From: Macrostomum hystrix
Lineage: Eukaryota > Animalia > Platyhelminthes
Assembly: GCA_950097015.1 (NCBI GenBank)
Contig: CATNEN010000018.1
Location: forward strand, 157,967-221,966
DNA length: 64,000 nt
Direction: 5' to 3'
The position numbers and the translations under genes are program-made. Positions 31,901-43,160 of the stretch are shown here, one piece after another (position 1 is the first letter of the stretch; each line of letters starts with the position of its first letter). The notes below the pieces were generated by a model that saw only the letters and a program-made list of their open reading frames with translations, made no database searches and had not been told where the DNA came from.

Positions 31901-33956
31901 GAACTTCAGGCCAGTGACTATCGAACTTCAGGCCAGTGACTATCGAACTTCAGGCCAGTGACTATCGAACTTCAGGCTCGTGCTTTGTGAGTGAGTCATG
32001 CCTCCTCATGCCAGTGACTTTCAAACTTCAGGCCAGTGACTATCGAACTTTAGGACAGAAAACATCGAACTTCAGGCCAGTGACCATCGAACTTCAGGCC
32101 AGTGACCATCGAACTTCAGGCTCGTGCTCTTTTAGTGAGTCCTACCTCCTCAGGACAGTGACCATCGAACTTCAGGCTCGTGCTTTGTGAGTGAGTCATG
32201 CCTTCTCAGGCCAGTGACTTTCAAACTTCAGGCCAGTGACTATCGAACTTCAGGCCAGAGACCGTCGAACTTCAGGCCAGTGACAATCGAACTTCAGTCT
32301 CGTGCTTTGTGAATGAGTCCTACCTCCTCAGCCCAGTGACTGTCGTACTTCAGGCCAGTGACCATCGAACTTCAGGCAAGTGACCATCGAACTTCAGGCC
32401 AGTGACCATCGAACATCAGGCTCGTGCTCTTTTAGTGAGTCCTACCTCCTTAGGCCAGTGACCATTGAACTTCAGCCTCGTGCTTTCTGAGTGAGTCCTA
32501 CCTCCTTAGGCCAGTGACCTAATAACTTCAGGCCAGTGACTATCGAACTTCAGGCAAGTGACCATCGAACTTCAGGACAGTGACCATCGAACTTCAGGCT
32601 CGTGCTTTGTGAGTGAGTCCTACCTCCTCAGCCCAGTGACTGTCGTACTTCAGGCCAGAGACCATCGAACTTCAGGCTCCTGCTTTGTGAGTGAGTCCTA
32701 CCGCCTCAGGCAAGTGACCATCGAACTTCAGGCTCGTGCTTTGTGAGTGAGTCTTACCTGCTCAGGCCAGTGACTCTTGAACTTCAGGCCAGAGACAATC
32801 GAACTTCAGGCAAGTGACCATCGAACTTCAGGCCAGTGACCATCGAACATCAGGCTCGTGCTCTTTTAGTGAGTCCTACCTCCTTAGGCCAGTGACCATT
32901 GAACTTCAGCCTCGTGCTTTCTGAGTGAGTCCTACCTCCTTAGGCCAGTGACCTAATAACTTCAGGCCAGTGACTATCGAACTTCAGGCAAGTGACCATC
33001 GAACTTCAGGACAGTGACCATCGAACTTCAGGCTCGTGCTTTGTGAGTGAGTCCTACCTCCTCAGCCCAGTGACTGTCGTACTTCAGGCCAGAGACCATC
33101 GAACTTCAGGCTCCTGCTTTGTGAGTGAGTCCTACCGCCTCAGGCAAGTGACCATCGAACTTCAGGCTCGTGCTTTGTGAGTGAGTCTTACCTGCTCAGG
33201 CCAGTGACTCTTGAACTTCAGGCCAGAGACAATCGAACTTCAGGCAAGTGACCATCGAACTTCAGGCCAGTGACCATCGAACATCAGGCTCGTGCTCTTT
33301 TAGTGAGTCCTACCTCCTTAGTCCAGTGACCATTGAACTTCAGCCTCGTGCTTTCTGAGTGAGTCCTACCTCCTTAGGCCAGTGACCTAATAACTTCAGG
33401 CCAGTGACTATCGAACTTCAGGCCAGAGACCATCGAACTTCAGGCCAGTGACTATCGAACTTCAGGCCAGTGACTATCGAACTTCAGGCCAGTGACTATC
33501 GAACTTCAGGCTCGTGCTTTGTGAGTGAGTCATGCCTCCTCATGCCAGTGACTTTCAAACTTCAGGCCAGTGACTATCGAACTTTAGGACAGAAAACATC
33601 GAACTTCAGGCCAGTGACCATCGAACTTCAGGCCAGTGACCATCGAACTTCAGGCTCGTGCTCTTTTAGTGAGTCCTACCTCCTCAGGACAGTGACCATC
33701 GAACTTCAGGCTCGTGCTTTGTGAGTGAGTCATGCCTTCTCAGGCCAGTGACTTTCAAACTTCAGGCCAGTGACTATCGAACTTCAGGCCAGAGACCGTC
33801 GAACTTCAGGCCAGTGACAATCGAACTTCAGTCTCGTGCTTTGTGAATGAGTCCTACCTCCTCAGGCCAGTGACCATCGAACTTCAGGCCAGTGACCATC
33901 GAACTTCAGGCCACTGACCATCGAACTTCAGGCCACTGACCATTGAACTTCAGGCA
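28926..33956. repeat. Hierarchical satellite: 22-bp monomer (GACCATCGAACTTCAGGCCAGT) plus a 56-bp variant, with 434-bp and 1534-bp higher-order units
   Basis: Identical small ORFs recur at 31024/31458 and 32558/32992 (434 bp) and at 31024/32558, 31458/32992, 31936/33470 (1534 bp). Confidence 0.95.
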
Positions 33957-34274
33957 AAGCCAGTGCTAAGTGAATTTGTTTTTGCTGTTAATCACAATGC
34001 CAAGAGCAAACCATGTGATCCTAAGCACTCAAGCGGCTTTCCTTATCAGATCCTATACCTGGATGCCGAGTCTCATCTCGAATACCAAAATCTTTTCCTA
34101 AATCTTTCCTCTAGTCCTAAATATTAGGATGCAAATATTTCCTAAAATCCAGACCTCAAACTCAAACATCTTGGATCACCCTTTCTCTGGCTCCGTTTCC
34201 ATAGAAACAAGCAAAACAGCCCTACAAATGTCATGATAAACAATCGTCATGTATAAGAATAGATGAATGTTTGA

Positions 34275-35080
34275 GTTAGACTGTGTCTGTGTTAGACTGT
34301 GTCTGTGTTAGACTGTGTCTGTGTTAGACTGTGTCTGTGTTAGACTGTGTCTGTGTTAGACTGTGTCTGTGTTAGACTGTGTCTGTGTTAGACTGTGTCT
34401 GTGTTAGACTGTGTCTGTGTTAGACTGTGTCTGTGTTAGACTGTGTCTGTGTTAGACTGTGTCTGTGTTAGACTGTGTCTGTGTTAGACTGTGTCTGTGT
34501 TAGACTGTGTCTGTGTTAGACTGTCTGTGTTAGACTGTGTCTGTGCTAGACTGTCTGTGATAGACTGTGTCTGTGTTAGACTGTGTCTGTGCTAGACTGT
34601 GTCTGTGTTAGACTGTGTCTGTGCTAGACTGTCTGTGTTAGACTGTGTTAGACTGTGTCTGTGTTAGACTGTGTCTGTGTTAGACTGTCTGTGTTAGACT
34701 GTGTCTGTGTTAGACTGTGTCTGTGTTAGACTGTGTCTGTGCTAGACTGTGTTAGACTGTGTCTGTGTTAGACTGTGTCTGTGTTAGACTGTCTGTGTTA
34801 GACTGTGTCTGTGTTAGACTGTGTCTGTGTTAGACTGTGTCTGTGTTAGACTGCGTCTGTGTTAGACTGTGTCTGTGTTAGACTGTGTCTGTGTTAGACT
34901 GTCTGTGTTAGACTGTGTCTGTGTTAGACTGTGTCTGTGTTAGACTGTGTCTGTGTTAGACTGCGTCTGTGTTAGACTGTGTCTGTGTTAGACTGTGTCT
35001 GTGTTAGACTGTCTGTGTTAGACTGTGTCTGTGTTAGACTGTGTCTGTGTTAGACTGTGTCTGTGTTAGACTGTGTTAGA
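34275..35080. repeat. 16-bp minisatellite (GTTAGACTGTGTCTGT) with 14- and 10-bp deletion variants
   Basis: Direct tandem units. Confidence 0.97.
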
Positions 35081-35448
35081 GTTCCCCAGCCCAGATCCCT
35101 AACCCTGTTCCCAAACACTGATTCCCAACCCTAATCACCAACTCTGATCTCTAAAAAAATCCCGGCCACCAAAGGCTGAAAATCTGATCCCGAAACGATA
35201 ATAAAGTTCCCTACCCAAATCCGGATTATCGAAGCGTCATCCCGAAACCTGATCCTGGCCCTCGATCCCAAATCCCCATGCAGCCTTTGAATATGTGATC
35301 AATCGAGTAGCCTATCAAACCTGATCCATCATTTTTGAGTCAGTTGCCATAGCAACAAGCACTCCAGACCCACAGAGTCCATTGGTAGCCGGGGAATCTT
35401 CAGTTGAGCACTCATATCAGGCAGAGGCTTTGAGCAAATCAGGCGGCC

Positions 35449-37180
35449 AATGGGAGATGGAGACAGAGAGAATGGCAGATGGAGACAGAGAGAATGGCAG
35501 ATGGAGACAGAGAGAATGGCAGATGGAGACAGAGAGAATGGCAGATGGAGACAGAGAGAATGGCAGATGGAGACAGAGAATGGCAGATGGAGACAGAGAG
35601 AATGGCAGATGGAGACAGAGAATGGCAGATGGAGACAGAGAATGGCAGATGGAGACAGAGAATGGCAGATGGAGACAGAGAGAATGGCAGATGGAGACAG
35701 AGAATGGCAGATGGAGACAGAGAGAATGGCAGATGGAGACAGAGAGAATGGCAGATGGAGACAGAGAGAATGGCAGATGGAGACAGAGAGAATGGCAGAT
35801 GGAGACAGAGAATGGCAGATGGAGACAGAGAGAATGGCAGATGGAGACAGAGAATGGCAGATGGAGACAGAGAATGGCAGATGGAGACAGAGAATGGCAG
35901 ATGGAGACAGAGAGAATGGCAGATGGAGACAGAGAGAATGGCAGATGGAGACAGAGAATGGCAGATGGAGACAGAGAGAATGGCAGATGGAGACAGAGAA
36001 TGGCAGATGGAGACAGAGAATGGCAGATGGAGACAGAGAATGGCAGATGGAGACAGAGAGAATGGCAGATGGAGACAGAGAATGGCAGATGGAGACAGAG
36101 AGAATGGCAGATGGAGACAGAGAGAATGGCAGATGGAGACAGAGAGAATGGCAGATGGAGACAGAGAGAATGGCAGATGGAGACAGAGAGAATGGCAGAT
36201 GGAGACAGAGAGAATGGCAGATGGAGACAGAGAATGGCAGATGGAGACAGAGAGAATGGCAGATGGAGACAGAGAGAATGGCAGATGGAGACAGAGAGAA
36301 TGGCAGATGGAGACAGAGAGAATGGCAGATGGAGACAGAGAGAATGGGAGATGGAGACAGAGAGAATGGCAGATGGAGACAGAGAGAATGGGAGATGCAG
36401 ACAGAGAATGGGAGATGGAGACAGAGAATGGGAGATGCAGACAGAGAATGGGAGATGCAGACAGAGAATGGCAGATGGAGACAGAATGGCAGATGGAGAC
36501 AGAGAGAATGGCAGATGGAGACAGAGAGAATGGCAGATGGAGACAGAGAGAATGGGAGATGCAGACAGAGAATGGGAGATGGAGACAGAGAGAATGGCAG
36601 ATGGAGACAGAGAGAATGGCAGATGGAGACAGAGAGAATGGCAGATGCAGACAGAGAATGGGAGATGCAGACAGAGAATGGCAGATGGAGACAGAGAATG
36701 GCAGATGGAGACAGAGAGAATGGCAGATGGAGACAGAGAGAATGGCAGATGGAGACAGAGAGAATGGCAGATGGAGACAGAGAGAATGGCAGATGGAGAC
36801 AGAGAATGGCAGATGGAGACAGAGAGAATGGCAGATGGAGACAGAGAATGGCAGATGGAGACAGAGAATGGCAGATGGAGACAGAGAATGGCAGATGGAG
36901 ACAGAGAGAATGGCAGATGGAGACAGAGAGAATGGCAGATGGAGACAGAGAGAATGGCAGATGGAGACAGAGAATGGGAGATGCAGACAGAGAATGGGAG
37001 ATGCAGACAGAGAATGGCAGATGGAGACAGAATGGCAGATGGAGACAGAGAGAATGGCAGATGGAGACAGAGAATGGGAGATGCAGACAGAGAATGGCAG
37101 ATGGAGACAGAATGGCAGATGGAGACAGGGAGAATGGCAGATGGAGACAGGGAGAATGGCAGATGCAGACAGAGAATGGG
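35449..37180. repeat. Purine-rich 20/22-bp minisatellite (GAATGGCAGATGGAGACAGA[GA]), array 1
   Basis: Direct tandem units; source of the MADGDRE/ENGRWRQ artefact ORFs. Confidence 0.97.
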
Positions 37181-37199
37181 AGGGCACAACAGCAGCTGA

Positions 37200-37807
37200 G
37201 CACAATGCCAGTTAATTAAGGAGGCCGTGGGTGCGGCAAAAGCCAGTTCAAACTGCAGGGCCAAGCTGAGCTGCCGTACTTACATCCCTCCCTCCCTCCG
37301 CCCTCCGCTCTGAGCAGGGCTCGCGATTTCTGTACAATCCGCAGCCTCTCCTGATGGCCCCTCCGAGCACCGAGGCGAAGGCAAAGGCATCTCGGGCCCG
37401 CCTTCTCCGACACAATGGGCCTGTGGGACTCACCCACCTCCCTCCGCTCCGATGAGGCTGAACCGCAGTCTCTCCGCTTCTGTCCTCTCCTCTCCTCTTT
37501 ATTCCCTGCTGTGAGTGCTCGACTTTAAGGACTGGAGGGGGTCACCGCCCGATGTGAAGCAGTCCAGATTCTGCTCAGCATCGAGTTGAGCACGGTACTG
37601 TCTGAACACAATTATCCAGAGAGGCTGTAACTAAGGGGCAGCCACCCCACTCCCAGACAGAGGCATTGTGCTGAGGGGTTTATCTGAGCACAGTGAGCCT
37701 TCACAGCTTCTCAAACTGCGGCCTTAGCAGTGGACAGGCAGGCTGAGATGGGTTGAGAAGTATGGATGGGCCGCTGCTGAGTTCATGATTTTATGAGTTT
37801 GAGAACG
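37200..37807. repeat. Diverged dispersed module (paralogous blocks also at 40452-41116 and 43404-43740)
   Basis: 37307-37460 resembles 40921-41116; 37567-37807 resembles 40452-40669; 40698-40738 resembles 43404-43445; 37200-37266 resembles 43502-43566. Confidence 0.8.
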
Positions 37808-37904
37808 GTCGGAGACTGCCTGCCTGTGCCAAAGCTTGTTAAGTGCTGTAGAATGCTGTGTGTGCTGATGATGAGGGGAACAATCTTCAATAAATTTTAC
37901 AACC

Positions 37905-38225
37905 CCGAATCCACAGCCCTGAATCCACAGCCCTGAATCCACAACCCTGAATCCACAGCCCTGACTCCACAGCCCTGAATCCACAACCCTGAATCCACAA
38001 CCCTGAATTCACAACCCTGAATCCACAACCCTGAATCCACAGCCCTGACTCCACAGCCCTGAATCCACAACCCTGAATCCACAACCCTGAATCCACAGCC
38101 CTGAATCCACAGCCCTGAATCCACAACCCTGAATCCACAGCCCTGAATCCACAACCCTGAATACAGAACCCTGAATCCACAGCCCTGAATCCACAACCCT
38201 GAATCCTCAACCCTGAATACAGAAT
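37905..38225. repeat. 14-bp minisatellite (CCCTGAATCCACAR)
   Basis: Direct tandem units. Confidence 0.95.
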
Positions 38226-38994
38226 CTAAATAAACATACAAAACCTAGAAATTAAAATCTTTTATTTTAATCCCTTATCCCAGATCCCGAATCCTGAAGT
38301 CTGAATACTCAACAGCTTTCTTATTCCTTACCAAATATGCTCAAATGCTCAACCATTCAACTGAAGCCTGTTCCTGAATCAAAAAAGATCCCAAACCTCG
38401 TGACCCATCTCGAATGGGATTTGTTTAACAGGTTTATTCGCAGATTTATCAGAAAATGGCTTTCAGCAGCTGTTATCACCTGACCAAATAGCACTGGCTT
38501 ATTTGCAATGTATTTTTATGTCTATGGCTAAACCTATCTAAGCAGTGTGATTTTCTCTTCACTGTCCGTCCATGCTTCAGCTCATGCGGCTGCTTAAATG
38601 TTAATTAAACTGGCTGCTAACATTTGAGCAGTGTTGCTTTTTCATTTCAAGCAGTCTTTTCAGAAGTTGCTGATCTTTACAAAGCCAATGATTTTAGTTT
38701 TGTTTTGTCATTGGCACAGCAGCTGCTATTGTTCAGTGAGCACCGCTACACTTGTCTCAAAGGGCAATTCTGAGCACACTGTGAGCAGTCTCAGCTGCAG
38801 CCACCCCAGCCTCCTCAGATGCGGTTCAGGAGAGCCTTTGAATTGCCACCCGAAAAAGCATTCTCAAGCAGACAATGAGTTGAGCACAGCCTAAATATAT
38901 TCAGTTGTTAATGTATCAAGTTGTTAATAAAATATATAATTATATCAATTTGAATACTGTTGTTATCTAATTTAAATGCCATATTCACCATGAG

Positions 38995-39059
38995 GCTCAA
39001 GTATGCTCAAGTATGCTCAAGTATGCTCAAGTATGCTCAAGTATGCTCAAGTATGCTCA
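38995..39059. repeat. 10-bp tandem repeat (GCTCAAGTAT) x~6.5
   Basis: Direct tandem units. Confidence 0.95.
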
Positions 39060-39721
39060 CTTCTTAACAATGTTACAGTAAGAATTTTCTTTGTGTTTTT
39101 TATTTGAATTCAAACGATTAACTTTGATATGGTGAATTTATCTTGCATGCTTTCATTCTACGCTTGTAATATGTAAGTCTGCTGTTTCTGTGTGAGTATT
39201 CTCATCAGCAGGGTGGGCTGCAGTTTTGTTGTTGTGCATAAGTGGCAGGTTGGCATGCAAGACAAGCTCAAAGACTGCAGGTTTGGGTGAGCATTGCTTG
39301 CGTTAGATCGCTTTGGACAGACTGGAGTCTATTCTCAATCCAGCCTCTTCCTTCCCCTACTCTCGTCTCCGCGCAGTCCATTCCAGTCCCCGTGTTGGTC
39401 TCGGTTGCCAAGGGCCGCATATCGACCTCCTCCCTCCAGCAGGTTTGAGCAGTTTTGCACTCGGCCTGGAGCTCTCAGCGTGGCCCGCCTGACTGGCGCC
39501 CTTTGGCTGCGTTTTTACCTGCGGGAGGGTCTCATTGCTGTGCTGGGTTGGCGCCCAGATACTGAGTGTGCTCAAGTTAATTACAGCCTCAATTTCTGCT
39601 CACAGCTGGTTAATTTTTATGTCTCTCTTCAGCTACTGTTTTGAGCTCCTTTTTGAGGCCTGACTCAACATTCTCTCTGCTGTGCTGATGCTTTAGGATT
39701 GCAAAATTGAATTCTGGGATG

Positions 39722-40310
39722 TGAGGGGAGAAACAGACAGAGGTGAGGGGAGAAACAGACAGAGGTGAGGGGAGAAACAGACAGAGGTGAGGGGAGAAAC
39801 AGACAGAGGTGAGGGGAGAAACAGACAGAGATGAGGGGAGAAACAGACAGAGGTGAGGGGAGAAACAGACAGAGGTGAGGGGAGAAACAGACAGAGGTGA
39901 GGGGAGAAACAGACAGAGGCGAGCGGAGAAACAGACAGAGGTGAACGGAGAAACAGACAGAGGTGAGGGGAGAAACAGACAGAGATAAGGGGAGAAACAG
40001 ACAGAGATGAGGGGAGAAACAGACAGAGATAAGGGGAGAAACAGACAGAGATGAGGGGAGAAACAGACAGAGGTGAGGGGAGAAACAGACAGAGATGAGG
40101 GGAGAAACAGACAGAGATGAGGGGAGAAACAGACAGAGGTGAGGGGGAGAAACAGACAGAGGTGAGGGGGGAGAAGCAGACAGAGGTGAGGGGGGAGAAG
40201 CAGACAGAGGTGAGGGGGGAGAAACAGACAGAGGTGAGGGGGGAGAAGCAGACAGAGGTGAGGGGGAGAAACAGACAGAGGTGAGGGGGAGAAACAGACA
40301 GACGTGAGGA
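39722..40310. repeat. 22-24-bp purine-rich minisatellite (GAGGTGAGGGGAGAAACAGACA)
   Basis: Direct tandem units. Confidence 0.95.
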
Positions 40311-41208
40311 CAGAAGCAGACAGAAAGCAGTCAGCAAAAAAGCGGGAAAAGGTGAGAAAAAGCCATTAGTTTTGTTTGAGCACTCGATATTTTTTTGACT
40401 TGCAGCCTCAGAAATTATGGGGGAGGCAGGTCACCACCAAAAAGCAGACTGGATTCTGCTCACATCGAGTTGAGTATGGCCCTGTCTGAGCACAATTCGT
40501 CAGAGAGGCTGTAACTAATGGGTCAGCCACCCCACTCCCATCCAGAGGCATTGTGCTGAGGGTTTTCCGAGCACAATGAGCAGTCACAGCTTCTAAAACT
40601 GCGGCCTGGGCAAGAGACACTAACTGAGTTGGGCTGAGAATGAGTAATGTATTTTATGAGTTTGAGAACATTCAAAGCTATTGTTTAGAGAGCCGCCGCT
40701 TCCTACCAGAGACCCTGTGCTCAAGGGGCTTCTGAGCAGACTCAGTGCATTCTGTGGCATAGAAGCCGTGTTGCAAGCCGAGAAAAAGCGGCAGAATTTT
40801 ATTAGCAGACACCGAGTTGAGCACAGTTGAGTCACTGAACTCACTGAATTAAAGGGCCTTAGCAACACAATGAAGCTGAGACAGAGGTAAACTGGCTACC
40901 TCATTGTATGGGGTGCACTGGCTCTGAGCATGGTCCGCAGTTTCTGTACAATTCGCAGCCTCTCCTGACGGCCCTCCCCGCTCGGAGGCGAAGGCGCTGA
41001 GCCCGTGGCAGCAGCGGCCGCTCGCACGTTGCCTCGCAAACTCCAGCTCGGGCCTGCCTTCTTCGACACAATGGGCCTGTGCGACTCACCCACCTCCCTC
41101 CGCTGTGATGAGGCTGCAGCTGCAGCTGTTCACAGACTCCACTCCTCTGCTCTCTATTCTCTGCTTTGACTGCTCGATTTGAGAATGGTCTCACATTGGA
41201 TAAGCTGT

Positions 41209-41802
41209 GAATGGCAGATGGAGACAGAGAGAATGGCAGATGGAGACAGAGAATGGCAGATGGAGACTGAGAGAATGGCAGATGGAGACAGAGAATGGCA
41301 GATGGAGACAGAGAATGGCAGATGTAGACAGAGAGAATGGCAGATGGAGACAGAGAATGGCAGATGGAGACAGAGAATGGCAGATGTAGACAGAGAGAAT
41401 GGCAGATGGAGACAGAGAATGGCAGATGGAGACAGAGAGAATGGCAGATGGAGACAGAGAGAATGGCAGATGGAGACAGGGAGAATGGCAGATGTAGACA
41501 GAGAATGGCAGATGGAGACAGAGAGAATGGCAGATGGAGACAGGGAGAATGGCAGATGTAGACAGAGAATGGCAGATGGAGACAGAGAATGGCAGATGGA
41601 GACAGAGAGAATGGCAGATGGAGACAGGGAGAATGGCAGATGTAGACAGAGAATGGCAGATGGAGACAGAGAGAATGGCAGATGGAGACAGGGAGAATGG
41701 CAGATGTAGACAGAGAATGGCAGATGGAGACAGAGAGAATGGCAGATGGAGACACCGAGAATGGCAGATGGAGACACCGAGAATGGCAGATGGAGACAGA
41801 GA
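41209..41802. repeat. 20/22-bp minisatellite, array 2 (same unit as 35449-37180, with private GATGTAGAC variants)
   Basis: Direct tandem units. Confidence 0.95.
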
Positions 41803-42110
41803 TAATGTCATACAAAGAAAACTAAGTGGGGTCGCTGCTCAGACAATATTTGAGATTACTTTGAGAACAGTCGGATACTGCGATTGGAAACGACCCCTCC
41901 AAAGCCATTGACTAATGTGGCTGGTTTGTGCGGTAATTAATTAGAAATCGCAGCTCTAACCGTGGGACTAAAACCTCCTGAGTCTAGATGATTAGGCTGG
42001 AAATTAGAGCAAATTCCTGATCCTGAACTCGATTCCTCTGATCTAACAATGTTGATCCTGAGTCTGGACACTAAAATACGAGTTCAATACCTTCATTTTA
42101 CACTGATATA

Positions 42111-43160
42111 AACCCTGTCCTAGACCCTGCCCTATGCCTCAAGCCTGCCTTGAACCCTGTCTATACCTAAACCCTGTCATAAATCCTGCCCTAAACCCTA
42201 ATCCCTGCCCTAATCCCTGCCCTAATCCCTGCCCTAATCCCTGCCCTAATCCCTGCCCTAAACCCTGCCCTAATCCCTGCCCTAATCCCTGCCCTAATCC
42301 CTGCCCTAATCCCTGCCCTAATCCCTGCCCTAAACCCTGCCCTAAACCCTGCCCTAAACCCTGTCCTAAACCCTGTCCTAAACCCTAATCCCTGCCCTAA
42401 TCCCTGTCCTAAACCCTGCCCTGTGCCTCAAGCCTGCCTTGAACCCTGTCTATACCTAAACCCTGTCATAAATCCTGCCCTAAACCCTACCCTGCCCTTA
42501 TCCCTGCCCTAATCCCTGCCCTAATCCCTGCCCTAAACCCTGCCCTAATCCCTGTCCTAAACCCTGTCCTAAATCCTGCCCTAATCCCTGCCCTAATCCC
42601 TGCCCTAATCCCTGCCCTTATCCCTGCCCTAATCCCTGCCCTAAACCCTGCCCTAATCCCTGCCCTAATCCCTGCCCTAATCCCTGCCCTAATCCCTGCC
42701 CTAATCCCTGCCCTAAACCATGCCCTAAACCCTGTACTAAACCCTGTCCTAAACCCTAATCCCTGCCCTAATCCCTGTCCTAAACCCTGCCCTAAACCCT
42801 GCCCTAAATCCTGCCCTAAACCCTAATCCCTGCCCTTATCCCTGCCCTAATCCCTGCCCTAATCCCTGCCCTAATCCCTGCCCTAAACCCTGCCCTAATC
42901 CCTGTCCTAAACCCTGTCCTAAATCCTGCCCTAAACCCTGCCCTCAATCCTGCCCTAAACCCTAATCCCTGCCCTTATCCCTGCCCTAATCCCTGCCCTA
43001 ATCCCTGCCCTAATCCCTGCCCTAAACCCTAATCCCTGCCCTAATCCCTGCCCTAATCCCTGCCCTAAACCCTGCCCTAAACCCTGTCCTAAACCCTGTC
43101 CTAAATCCTGCCCTAAACCCTGCCCTAAATCCTGCCCTAAAACCTGTCCTAAATCCTATT
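42111..43160. repeat. Telomere-like 12-bp satellite (CCCTAA-[T/A]CCCTG)n
   Basis: Every second hexamer is the telomeric CCCTAA; an interrupting block is duplicated at 42131 and 42421. Confidence 0.92.

Noticed and set aside
28926-33956. CRISPR-like repeat/spacer appearance
   Set aside because: The intervening 34-bp pieces are near-identical rather than unique spacers, there are no cas genes, and the context is eukaryotic.
35329-37264. ~600-aa MADGDRE/ENGRWRQ and SPSAIL ORFs (also 40901-41911)
   Set aside because: All six frames are open because of a stop-free 20/22-bp unit whose length variants shift frame freely; no sign of coding constraint.
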